Origin: Alphaproteobacteria bacterium
Lineage (GTDB): Bacteria > Pseudomonadota > Alphaproteobacteria > CALKHQ01
DNA length: 64,000 nt
Assembly: GCA_965227515.1 (NCBI GenBank)
Contig: CBDDFZ010000001.1
Location: 1,504,001-1,568,000 of the forward strand
Reading direction: 5' to 3'
Shown here: positions 17,468 through 26,076 of the stretch, piece after piece
Layout: each line of letters opens with the position of its first letter
Numbering within the stretch: position 1 is the stretch's first letter
Notes under the pieces: generated by a model
Databases searched by the model: none
What the model saw: the letters and a program-made list of their open reading frames with translations, nothing else
Told to the model about the DNA's origin: nothing
Translations under genes and position numbers: made by a program

Positions 17468-18469
17468 ATGAGCCTCGGCATTGGCGTCATCGGCGCCGGC
17501 ATCATGGGCGCCGATCACGCCCGCACCATCGCCACCAAGGTGGCCCGCGCCCACGTCGTCGCCGTGTGCGACCAGGATCAAGCCCGCGCCGACGCGTCGG
17601 TGGCCGAGATCGCCGGCGCGCGGGCGGAGACCGATGCCTACGCCGTGATCGGCGCCGCCGATGTCGACGCGGTGCTGGTCGCCTCGCCCGATGCCACGCA
17701 CGTCGACTACACGGTGGCCGCGATCAAGGCCGGCAAGCCGGTGATCTGCGAGAAGCCGCTCGGCCGCTCGGCCGAGGAGTGCCAGGCGGTGCTGGAGGCC
17801 GAGCAGGCCGGCGGCAAGCGCCTGGTGCAGGTCGGCTTCATGCGCCGCTTCGACCCGGCCTATGTCGACTTCAAGGACCGGATGCAAGACGGGCCGCTGG
17901 GCGCGCCGCTGATGCTGCACTGCGCCCACCGCAACAAGACGGTGCCGTCGTTCTTCAAGTCGCTGATGTCGATCACCAACTCCGCGGTGCATGAGTTCGA
18001 CATCATCCGCTGGCTGCTGGGCACCGAGATCGCGCGCATCCGCGTGTTCAAGAGCCGGTCGACACCGTCCAGCACCATGGACGACCCGTTGCTGGTGGTG
18101 GTGGAGATGAGCGACGGCCTGGTGGTCGACATCGAACTGTTCCTCAATTGCCAGTACGGCTACGACATCAAGACCGAGGCGCTGTGCGAGCACGGCACGC
18201 TGCAGATGCTGCCCGACGTGCAGTCGTCGATGCTACGCGAGGGCGCGCCGACCTATGCCTACGCGGCGGACTGGCGGCCGCGCTTCGCCGCCGCCTACAC
18301 CCGCCAAAACCAGGCCTGGGTCGATGGCATCGAACGCGGTGCGCAGGTCGGCTCCAGCGCGTGGGACGGGTACGTAGCGACCGCCGTCGCCGAGGCCGGC
18401 TGCCGCGCACTGGAGAGCGGTGAGGCAGTGGATGTGGCTTTGCCGCCAAGGCCGGCGTTCTACGACTGA
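17468..18469 (+). CDS. iolG: Gfo/Idh/MocA oxidoreductase, inositol 2-dehydrogenase-like
   Basis: GVIGAGIMG, CEKP, QVGFMRRFDP, NSAVHEFD and YGYDI motifs typical of IolG. Confidence 0.75.
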   Translation: MSLGIGVIGAGIMGADHARTIATKVARAHVVAVCDQDQARADASVAEIAGARAETDAYAVIGAADVDAVLVASPDATHVDYTVAAIKAGKPVICEKPLGRSAEECQAVLEAEQAGGKRLVQVGFMRRFDPAYVDFKDRMQDGPLGAPLMLHCAHRNKTVPSFFKSLMSITNSAVHEFDIIRWLLGTEIARIRVFKSRSTPSSTMDDPLLVVVEMSDGLVVDIELFLNCQYGYDIKTEALCEHGTLQMLPDVQSSMLREGAPTYAYAADWRPRFAAAYTRQNQAWVDGIERGAQVGSSAWDGYVATAVAEAGCRALESGEAVDVALPPRPAFYD

Positions 18470-18488
18470 GGCCAGTGCGCGCAGAACC

Positions 18489-18572
18489 GTAGCCTGGGTG
18501 GAGCGAAGCGAAACCCGGGAATGATGGCGCGCCGCGATGTCCCCGGGTTCCATTTCATTCCACCCGGGCTAC
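18489..18572. repeat. REPIN family B (GTAG-type REP pair)
   Basis: GTAGCCTGGGTGGAGCGAAGCGAAACCCGGG ... CCCGGG..CCACCCGGGCTAC. Confidence 0.85.
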
Positions 18573-18598
18573 AGGCTGGCTTGAAACTACACACAAAC

Positions 18599-18713
18599 GT
18601 CATCCTCGGGCTTGTCCCGAGGATCCACGAGAATGGCCGCTAAGGCGGCCAACAAGACGTGGATGCCCCCTCGGATCAGGTCCGAGGGCAGGCTCCACAA
18701 GTGCGGACATGAC
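18599..18713. repeat. palindromic repeat family C (GTCAT...ATGAC)
   Basis: GTCATCCTCGGGCTTGTCCCGAGGATCCAC ... GTGGATG..ACAAG..CATGAC; close inverted copy at 43074-43182. Confidence 0.85.
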
Positions 18714-18728
18714 GGCGTAGGAATCCCA

Positions 18729-18868
18729 CCCTCACCCTCCCGTCCGGCTTTGCCGGCCGGGCCCCTCCCTCTCCCGAAATGGGAGAGGGTTTACACGCGC
18801 CACGCCACTTTCCCTCTCCCCGGCGTGGGAGAGGGAGGGGCCCAGCCGCAGGCTGGGAGGGTGAGGGG
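18729..18868. repeat. palindromic repeat family D (CCCTCACCC...GGGTGAGGG)
   Basis: CCCTCACCCTCCC..CCCTCCCTCTCCCGAAATGGGAGAGGG plus an inverted unit; copies at 59453 and 59613. Confidence 0.85.
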
Positions 18869-18892
18869 GACAATTGCGCCGGCCGCCCCGCC

Positions 18893-19921
18893 CTACAAAA
18901 ACACCTCGCGGATGTCGATGGAGCTCTTCTGGCCGATGGCGTCGCCATGGTCGACCAGCCAGCGGTCGGCGTCCTTGCGGCCCAGGTCGCGCAGATAGAG
19001 CAGGAAATCCCAGTCCGCGTTCAGCTTCGATGAGTGGCCGAGGTCGTCCAGGTCGTCGGCCCCGCCGATCATGTGGACGAAAATCCGCTTGTAGTGCTGC
19101 TCGTCCAGCTTGCCTTCCTCGATCAGCCGGGTAACGAACTCGATCGCCCGCATCTCGCGCATCAGCCCGGCGTTGAACGTCACCTCGTTCAGGCGGTCGA
19201 CGATGGCGGTGGTCGATTGCGGCACCTCGTCCCGGTTCAGCGGGTTGAGCTGCACGATCACCACGTCCCTGACGTCGGACTGGTAGATCAGCGGATAGAT
19301 CGCCGGGTTGCCGGAATAGCCGCCGTCCCAATATGCCTCGCCGTCGATCTCCACCGCGCGGTAGAGGAACGGCAGGCAGGCGGACGCCATGCACACGTCC
19401 GATGTCAGCTCCTGCGGCTTGAACACCTTGATCTTGCCGGAGCGCACGTTGGTGGCGGTGACGAACAGGCGCGGTGCGCACTTCTCGCGCAGGGCCGCGA
19501 AGTCGAACAGCTCGTCGAGGGTGCGGTGCAGCGGGTTCCAGTCGAACGGATTGAACTGGTAGGGCGACAGGAACCGCGTCATCAGGTCGAAGGCCCAGAA
19601 CGCGGGCGAGCGGTCCAGGTTCCAGCGCCCGGCCAACCGGTCGAGCGGCGTGCGCGGCATCGGCCCGATCGAGCCCATGCGGCTGATCCGGCGCCAGAAC
19701 TGCGCGAGCGACCGCTTGGCGCCGTCCGCACCGCCATGGGCCATGCCGTGGGCCAGCGCCACGCCGTTCATTGCGCCGGCACTGGTGCCGCTGATGGCGT
19801 CGATGTGGAGGTCGGGCTCCTCCAGCAACCGGTCGAGCACGCCCCAGGTGAAGGCGCCGTGCGAGCCGCCGCCCTGCAGCGCCAGGTTGATGCTGCGTGG
19901 CTTCCCGCCGGCTGCCGCCAT
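18893..19921 (-). CDS. patatin-like phospholipase family protein
   Basis: LALQGGGSHG, GTSAG and YWDGGY motifs. Confidence 0.93.
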   Translation of the reverse strand: MAAAGGKPRSINLALQGGGSHGAFTWGVLDRLLEEPDLHIDAISGTSAGAMNGVALAHGMAHGGADGAKRSLAQFWRRISRMGSIGPMPRTPLDRLAGRWNLDRSPAFWAFDLMTRFLSPYQFNPFDWNPLHRTLDELFDFAALREKCAPRLFVTATNVRSGKIKVFKPQELTSDVCMASACLPFLYRAVEIDGEAYWDGGYSGNPAIYPLIYQSDVRDVVIVQLNPLNRDEVPQSTTAIVDRLNEVTFNAGLMREMRAIEFVTRLIEEGKLDEQHYKRIFVHMIGGADDLDDLGHSSKLNADWDFLLYLRDLGRKDADRWLVDHGDAIGQKSSIDIREVFL

Positions 19922-19925
19922 GGTC

Positions 19926-21434
19926 CTAGCCGTTGCCGATGTCGAAGCTGAGGCCCTGGGCGAGCGGCAGGGCGGAGGAATAGTTCACTGTGTTGGTCTG
20001 CCGCCGCATGTAGCCTTTCCAGGCGTCGGAGCCGGACTCCCGACCGCCGCCGGTGTCCTTCTCGCCGCCGAACGCGCCGCCGATCTCCGCGCCGCTGGGG
20101 CCGACATTGACGTTGGCGATGCCGCAGTCGCTGCCGGCCGCCGACATGAAGAACTCCGCCTCGCGCACGTCGGTGGTGAAGATGCAGGACGACAGGCCCT
20201 GGGGCACCGCGTTGTGCATCGCCAGCGCCTCGTCGAAGTCGCGGTAGTGCATCGTGTAGAGCAGCGGCGCGAAGGTCTCCTCGCACACCGTATCCGTCTG
20301 CTCGGGCATCTCCACGATGGCCGGGGCGACGTAGTAGGCGTCCGGGTACTGGTCCTCCAGCACGCGCTCGCCGCCGAACACATGGCCGCCCTCGCCGGGC
20401 AGCCGGTCGAGCGCGTCGGCCATGCGGCCATAGGAATGCTCGTCGATCAACGGGCCGACCAGGGTCGCCTTGTCGCGCGGATCGCCGATCTTGATCTGGG
20501 CGTAGACCTTCTTCAGCCGGCCCACCAGGTCGTCGTGCACGTCCTCGTGCACGATCAGCCGGCGCAGGCTGGTGCAGCGCTGGCCGGCGGTGCCGACGGC
20601 GGAGAACACGATGGCGCGCACCGCCAGGTCCAGGTCGGCCGACGGCGCCACGATCATGGCGTTGTTGCCGCCGAGCTCCAGGATGGTGCGGCCGAAGCGG
20701 CCGGCGACGACCGGGCCGACGTCGCGGCCCATGCGGCAGCTTCCGGTGGCCGAGATCAGCGGCAGCCGTGGGTCCTGGCAAAGCTGGACACCGGCGGCGC
20801 GGTCGCCGATCAGCACCGACGACACTCCCTTCGGCGCGTCGCCGAACTTCTTGCGCGCGCGCTTGAACAGGGCATGGCAGGCGAGTGCGGTCAGCGGCGT
20901 CTTCTCCGAGGGCTTCCAGATCACCGGGTCGCCGCAGACGACGGCCAGCGCCAGGTTCCAGGACCACACCGCCACCGGGAAATTGAAGGCGGAGATTACC
21001 GCCGCCGGCCCCAGCGGGTGCCAGCTTTCGCGCAGCGCGTGGCCGGGCCGTTCCGAGGCGATGGTCAGCCCGTAGAGCTGGCGCGACAGCCCGACCGCGA
21101 AGTCGCAGATGTCGATCATTTCCTGCACTTCGCCGCGGCCTTCCTCGACGATCTTGCCGGCCTCCAGCGTGACGAGGTCGCCGAGCGCGTTCTTGTGCGC
21201 GCGCAGCTCGTCCCCGAACAGGCGGATCAGCTCGCCGCGCCGGGGTGCCGGCACCTGACGCCAGGTGTGGAATGCGCTCTCCGCCGCCGCGATCTTGCGC
21301 TCGACCGCCGCTTCGTCGTGCGGCGCGACCTCGGCGATGGTGCTGCCATCGATCGGCGTCGTCACCGCCAGCGACCCGCCGGTCAGCTTGGCGGGGTTGA
21401 GGTGAAGCGCTTCCAGGGTGGCGGAAATATCCAT
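19926..21434 (-). CDS. aldehyde dehydrogenase family 7 (piperideine-6-carboxylate / alpha-aminoadipate semialdehyde dehydrogenase-like)
   Basis: ISAFNFPVAVW, LELGGNNA, GQRCTS and GAEIGGAFGGEK motifs. Confidence 0.92.
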   Translation of the reverse strand: MDISATLEALHLNPAKLTGGSLAVTTPIDGSTIAEVAPHDEAAVERKIAAAESAFHTWRQVPAPRRGELIRLFGDELRAHKNALGDLVTLEAGKIVEEGRGEVQEMIDICDFAVGLSRQLYGLTIASERPGHALRESWHPLGPAAVISAFNFPVAVWSWNLALAVVCGDPVIWKPSEKTPLTALACHALFKRARKKFGDAPKGVSSVLIGDRAAGVQLCQDPRLPLISATGSCRMGRDVGPVVAGRFGRTILELGGNNAMIVAPSADLDLAVRAIVFSAVGTAGQRCTSLRRLIVHEDVHDDLVGRLKKVYAQIKIGDPRDKATLVGPLIDEHSYGRMADALDRLPGEGGHVFGGERVLEDQYPDAYYVAPAIVEMPEQTDTVCEETFAPLLYTMHYRDFDEALAMHNAVPQGLSSCIFTTDVREAEFFMSAAGSDCGIANVNVGPSGAEIGGAFGGEKDTGGGRESGSDAWKGYMRRQTNTVNYSSALPLAQGLSFDIGNG

Positions 21435-21496
21435 CGGTCGGGTCGTCCGGTCGGTCCAGATTGGCGGTGCATTTGCCGTTGGCAGGCCGCCGGAGG

Positions 21497-21563
21497 GTTA
21501 TAACGGCGCGCGCGTGCGCGCCAAAGCTTGTAAATTTGCCAACGCGGGCATGCGCCGTATCAT
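21497..21563. promoter_or_regulatory. candidate back-to-back sigma70-type promoters
   Basis: Plus strand TTGCCA-N16-TATCAT (21536-21563); minus strand TTGGCG-N16-TATAAC (21524-21497); between divergent genes. Confidence 0.45.
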
Positions 21564-21605
21564 GCCGCCCGCCTAGAGCGTGATCTCAATCATGGACCGC
21601 ACACA

Positions 21606-23255
21606 TTGACCAAGTTCGATGCCCCTTTCCTCGGCCGCAACGCCGCCAACCATGTGCCGCTGACGCCGCTGACGCTGATGGCGCGCGCCGCGACCGTGTT
21701 CCCGGACCATCCAGCCGTTGTGCACGGGCCCGTGACCCGCAGCTGGGGCGAGACCTATGCCCGCTGCCGGCAGTTGGCGTCGGCGCTCAGCGCGCGCGGC
21801 ATCGGCAAGGGCGACACGGTCGCGGTGATGGCGCCGAACGTGCCGGCGCTGTTCGAGGCGCACTACGGCATTCCGATGGCGGGTGCTGTGCTGAACGCGC
21901 TCAACACCCGGCTCGATGCCAGGACCATCGCCTACATCCTGGAGCACGGCGAGGCGAGGCTGCTGATCGCCGATACCGCGTTCTCCGGCATCTTGAAGCC
22001 GGCGCTCGCCCTGATGGCCGACCCGCCCGAGGTGATCGACATCGACGATCCCCAAGCAATCAAAGGGGGCGCCGTGCATGCGGATGGCGCGGGCGAGCGA
22101 CTGGGCAGGACCGACTACGAAGCCTTCATCGCGACCGGCGACGCCGGCTTCGACTGGGTGATGCCCGCCGACGAGTGGGACGCGATCAGCCTCAACTACA
22201 CGTCCGGCACCACCGGCAACCCCAAAGGCGTGGTCTATCACCACCGCGGCGCCTATCTGTTGGCGATGGACAACACGGTGGTCTGGGGCATGACCCAGCA
22301 CCCGGTCTATCTGTGGACGCTGCCGATGTTCCACTGCAACGGCTGGTGCTTCCCGTGGACCATGGCGGCAGTGGCCGGCACCAATGTCTGCCTGCGCCAG
22401 GTGGAAGCGGGTGCGATCTTCGATGCGATCGCGCGCGATGGCGTCACCCATCTGTGCGGCGCGCCGATCGTGATGAACATGCTGATCAACCACCCGGCGG
22501 AGAAGCGCCCCGCCCTCGACCGCACCGTCGAGATGATGACCGCGGCCTCCGCGCCGCCGGCCACCATCTTGGAGGCGATGGCCGGCATCGGCTTCAAGGT
22601 CACCCACGTCTATGGCCTGACCGAGGTCTACGGTCCGGCGGTGGTCTGCGCCTGGAAGGAAGCATGGGACGATCTGCCGATATCCGAGCAGGCGACCATC
22701 AAGGCACGCCAGGGCGTCGCCTATCCGGCGTTGTCCGGCCTGATGGTCGGCGACCCGGAGACGATGGACCCGTTGCCGGACGACGGTGCGGCCATCGGCG
22801 AGGTTTTCATGCGCGGCAACATCGTCATGAAGGGCTATCTGAAGGACGAGGCGGCAACCGCGAAGGCGTTTCGCGGCGGCTGGTTTCACACCGGCGACCT
22901 GGGCGTGATGCACCCCGACGGCTACATCGAGCTGAAGGACAGGTCGAAGGACATCATCATTTCCGGCGGCGAGAACATCTCGACCATCGAGGTGGAGAGC
23001 GTGCTCTACCGCCACCCGGATGTGCTGGAGGCGGCCGTGGTGGCGCGGCCCGACGACAAGTGGGGCGAGACGCCGTGCGCCTTCGTCGACCTGAAGACCG
23101 GGGCCAGCGCCACCGCCGACGATATCATCGCCTTCTGCCGTGCCAACATGGCGCACTTCAAGGCGCCGAAAACCGTTGTATTCGGAGCGCTGCCCAAGAC
23201 CTCGACCGGCAAGGTGCAGAAGTTCGTGCTGCGCGACAAAGCCAAGGCGCTTTAG
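21606..23255 (+). CDS. acyl-CoA synthetase (AMP-binding, DmdB-like)
   Basis: YTSGTTGNPKG, MFHCNGW, YGLTE and GWFHTGD motifs; TTG start. Confidence 0.92.
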   Translation: MTKFDAPFLGRNAANHVPLTPLTLMARAATVFPDHPAVVHGPVTRSWGETYARCRQLASALSARGIGKGDTVAVMAPNVPALFEAHYGIPMAGAVLNALNTRLDARTIAYILEHGEARLLIADTAFSGILKPALALMADPPEVIDIDDPQAIKGGAVHADGAGERLGRTDYEAFIATGDAGFDWVMPADEWDAISLNYTSGTTGNPKGVVYHHRGAYLLAMDNTVVWGMTQHPVYLWTLPMFHCNGWCFPWTMAAVAGTNVCLRQVEAGAIFDAIARDGVTHLCGAPIVMNMLINHPAEKRPALDRTVEMMTAASAPPATILEAMAGIGFKVTHVYGLTEVYGPAVVCAWKEAWDDLPISEQATIKARQGVAYPALSGLMVGDPETMDPLPDDGAAIGEVFMRGNIVMKGYLKDEAATAKAFRGGWFHTGDLGVMHPDGYIELKDRSKDIIISGGENISTIEVESVLYRHPDVLEAAVVARPDDKWGETPCAFVDLKTGASATADDIIAFCRANMAHFKAPKTVVFGALPKTSTGKVQKFVLRDKAKAL

Positions 23256-23274
23256 GGGCGGAAGGACCATTGCG

Positions 23275-24276
23275 ATGACTCACAACCCGGCCCCGTCCTT
23301 CCCGAACACCCGCATGCGGCGTAACCGGCGCACGCCATGGCTGCGCGACCTGATGGCGGAGACCCGATTGGGGCCGCAGGACCTGATCTGGCCGGTATTC
23401 GTGCACGACGGGGAGGAGGCGGAGGTGCCCGTGCCGTCGCTGCCCGGCGTTTCGCGGATGTCGATTCCGCGCCTGGTGGACGCCGCCGGCGAGGCGCACG
23501 GCCTCGGCATTCCGCTGATCGCGTTGTTTCCCGCCGTCGACCCGGCCCTGAAGACCGCGGACGGGCGCGAGGCGACCAACCCGGACAATCTGGTCTGCCG
23601 CGCCATCCGCGCCATCAAGGACGCGGTGCCGGAGATCGGCGTGATGGGCGACGTCGCACTCGACCCCTATACCGACCACGGCCATGACGGGTTGATGGAG
23701 GACGGCGAGATCCTCAACGACCCGACGGTCGAGGTGCTGTGCGGACAGGCGCTGGCGCTGGCCGGTGCCGGCTGCGACGTGATCGCGCCGTCGGACATGA
23801 TGGACGGGCGCATCGGCGCCCTGCGCGCGGTACTCGACGGGGCGGGCCACCAGCAGGCCTGCATCATGGCCTATGCCGCCAAGTACGCCTCCGCCTATTA
23901 CGGCCCGTTTCGCGATGCGGTCGGCTCGCTGAAGGCGCTGCAGGGCGACAAGCGCACCTATCAGATGAACCCGGCCAATGGCGACGAGGCGCTGCGCGAA
24001 GTGGCGCTCGACATCGCCGAGGGCGCCGACATGGTGATGGTGAAACCGGGCCTGCCCTACCTCGACGTCGTCCACCGGGTGAAGGCGGCATTCGCGATGC
24101 CGACCTACGCCTACCAGGTGTCTGGCGAGTACGCGATGATCGCCGCCGCCGCCGAGCGCGGCTGGCTGGAGCGCGACGCGGTGGTCGCCGAGAGCCTGAT
24201 CGCGTTCAAGCGCGCCGGCGCCGACGGCATCCTCACCTACTTCGCGGTCGAGATGGCGAAGCGGCTGGCGGGATGA
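23275..24276 (+). CDS. hemB: porphobilinogen synthase (Asp-rich, Mg-type metal site)
   Basis: RMRRNR, DVALDPYTDHGHDG, APSDMMDGR, MVKPG and YQVSGEY motifs. Confidence 0.97.
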   Translation: MTHNPAPSFPNTRMRRNRRTPWLRDLMAETRLGPQDLIWPVFVHDGEEAEVPVPSLPGVSRMSIPRLVDAAGEAHGLGIPLIALFPAVDPALKTADGREATNPDNLVCRAIRAIKDAVPEIGVMGDVALDPYTDHGHDGLMEDGEILNDPTVEVLCGQALALAGAGCDVIAPSDMMDGRIGALRAVLDGAGHQQACIMAYAAKYASAYYGPFRDAVGSLKALQGDKRTYQMNPANGDEALREVALDIAEGADMVMVKPGLPYLDVVHRVKAAFAMPTYAYQVSGEYAMIAAAAERGWLERDAVVAESLIAFKRAGADGILTYFAVEMAKRLAG

Positions 24277-24295
24277 CACCTACCAAGTCAACGAT

Positions 24296-24386
24296 GTCAT
24301 GCGCGGACTTGATCCGCGCATCCACGTCTTTATTGGCCGCTTAAGCGGCCATTTTCGTGGATGGCCGGGTCAAGCCCGGCCATGAC
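24296..24386. repeat. palindromic repeat family C
   Basis: GTCATGCGCGGACTTGATCCGCGCATCCAC...GTGGATGGCCGGGTCAAGCCCGGCCATGAC. Confidence 0.88.
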
Positions 24387-24473
24387 GGTGTGGATTGGTT
24401 GGCCACAACCAACTGAACCAATCCGCCGGCCGCCGCGACCACCCTCCTGAAGGTAGAACAGGAGGGTTTCCCA

Positions 24474-25076
24474 ATGTCTCGTATCACGACCGCATTCAAG
24501 GCGGCCGCGTTGGCCGTGCTTGCCGTTTCCGGCGTCAGCGCCTCGGCATCCGCCAACCCGCCGTTGGCCGCGCTCTGCGACGGCAGCCAGGCACTGAACC
24601 TCGACGGTTATGTCGGCTTCTACCGGGCGGTGCTGCTCGACGGCTATGTCGTCGGCGAGGATGGCCTGGTGCCACCGATGTGGCCCGAGTTCATCCCGAT
24701 CCAGATCATGCGCTACGGGCCGGACACGCTGGTGATCTCCGGCATCGGCGACGATGGCAGCGGCCCCAGCATTCCGCTCTACGACACCGATGGCGTGTCG
24801 TGGGCCTATGCCGAATCCTGGACCGACGGCCCCGCCGACGGCGCGCTCAGCGTGGCCGATGTGGTCTCGATGACCGGGTGCGAGCCGATTGACCTGCAGC
24901 ACGTGCTGGCCGGCAGCGCCAACATCGCCATGGACGGATCGGTGATCCAGATGACCGTCAGCTTCCTGCCCGGTGGGTCCGGCGCGATGTACGGCCACGC
25001 CTATTTCCACGCCACCACGCCCGCCGGCCACCCCTACCAGGGGTTCTTCAACGTCGAGTTGGTGCCCTGGGGTTAG
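24474..25076 (+). CDS. hypothetical secreted protein
   Basis: AGGAGG SD, signal peptide ending in ASA; flanked on both sides by family C repeats. Confidence 0.7.
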   Translation: MSRITTAFKAAALAVLAVSGVSASASANPPLAALCDGSQALNLDGYVGFYRAVLLDGYVVGEDGLVPPMWPEFIPIQIMRYGPDTLVISGIGDDGSGPSIPLYDTDGVSWAYAESWTDGPADGALSVADVVSMTGCEPIDLQHVLAGSANIAMDGSVIQMTVSFLPGGSGAMYGHAYFHATTPAGHPYQGFFNVELVPWG

Positions 25077-25100
25077 GGCGTTGCGTGGCAAACCAATCAC

Positions 25101-25190
25101 GTCATGCCCGCACTTGTTGCGGGCATCCACGCCTTCCATTGGCGGCTCTGCCGCCATCTCGTGGATGCTCGGGACAAGCCCGAGCATGAC
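25101..25190. repeat. palindromic repeat family C
   Basis: GTCATGCCCGCACTTGTTGCGGGCATCCAC...GTGGATGCTCGGGACAAGCCCGAGCATGAC. Confidence 0.88.
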
Positions 25191-25329
25191 GGGGTGTGTA
25201 TGGCAGGCAGCTCGCGTTTGATCGAACCTATCCTGTCCAGCGAAAGGTTTCGGGCCGGCGCTCGCGCCACACAACCGCCACAAGTGGCGCTCACCACTAC
25301 GCCCGGACGGATCGGTGGGAGAAGGCGGA

Positions 25330-26025
25330 ATGCGGCGGCGTCTCACCCGCTATGGCTTGCGCACGATCGGTGTCATTGTCGGGCTGACGGCGCTCTATTT
25401 CGGCGCTGCCTTCGGTCTGGCCTATCTGCCGATGAACGGCGACGCGGCACTGGCGGCGGACGACAGCTCGCCCGGCATCGTCATCGGCGTCTCGTCCAAC
25501 GGCATCCACGCCAACCTGCACCTGCCGGTGGTGGCCGCCGGCATCGACTGGCGCCAGGACTTCCCGATGGCGCTGTTCCCGGACACCCCGGCGGTGATCG
25601 ATTCCATCTCGTTCGGCTGGGGCCACAAGGACTTCTATCTGAACACGCCGACCTGGGACCAGTTCGACCCGCTGGTCGGCGCCCAGGCGATGGTCGGCAT
25701 CGGCGATGCCGCGCTGCACGTCGGCTACTGGCCGCCGCAGGCGCTGGGCGAGCATTTCGTGCTGACCCGCATCTCCGTCGAGGACTACCGGGCGCTGGCC
25801 GCCTACATCCAGGCCGCCATCGTGCGCGGCGACGACGGCCGGCCGCTATGGATTGAGGGCTTCAGTTACAAGGGCAACGATGCGTTCTTCGAGGCGCATG
25901 GCAGCTACAACCTGTTCGTCACCTGCAACGAGTGGGTGCGTAGGGGGCTGGCGGTCGCCGGCGTGCGCACCGGCTGGTGGAGCCCGTTCCCCGGCCCGCT
26001 GCTGGACCATTTGCGGCCGTCGTAA
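25330..26025 (+). CDS. TIGR02117/DUF2459 family protein
   Basis: SNGIHA, FGWGHKDFYLNTPTW, DAFFEA.GSY..F.TCNEW motifs. Confidence 0.82.
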   Translation: MRRRLTRYGLRTIGVIVGLTALYFGAAFGLAYLPMNGDAALAADDSSPGIVIGVSSNGIHANLHLPVVAAGIDWRQDFPMALFPDTPAVIDSISFGWGHKDFYLNTPTWDQFDPLVGAQAMVGIGDAALHVGYWPPQALGEHFVLTRISVEDYRALAAYIQAAIVRGDDGRPLWIEGFSYKGNDAFFEAHGSYNLFVTCNEWVRRGLAVAGVRTGWWSPFPGPLLDHLRPS

Positions 26026-26076
26026 GAGGCGCGCCTGGCGGTGCAAGCGGGCATGGAACAAGTGTAGAATACCGCC

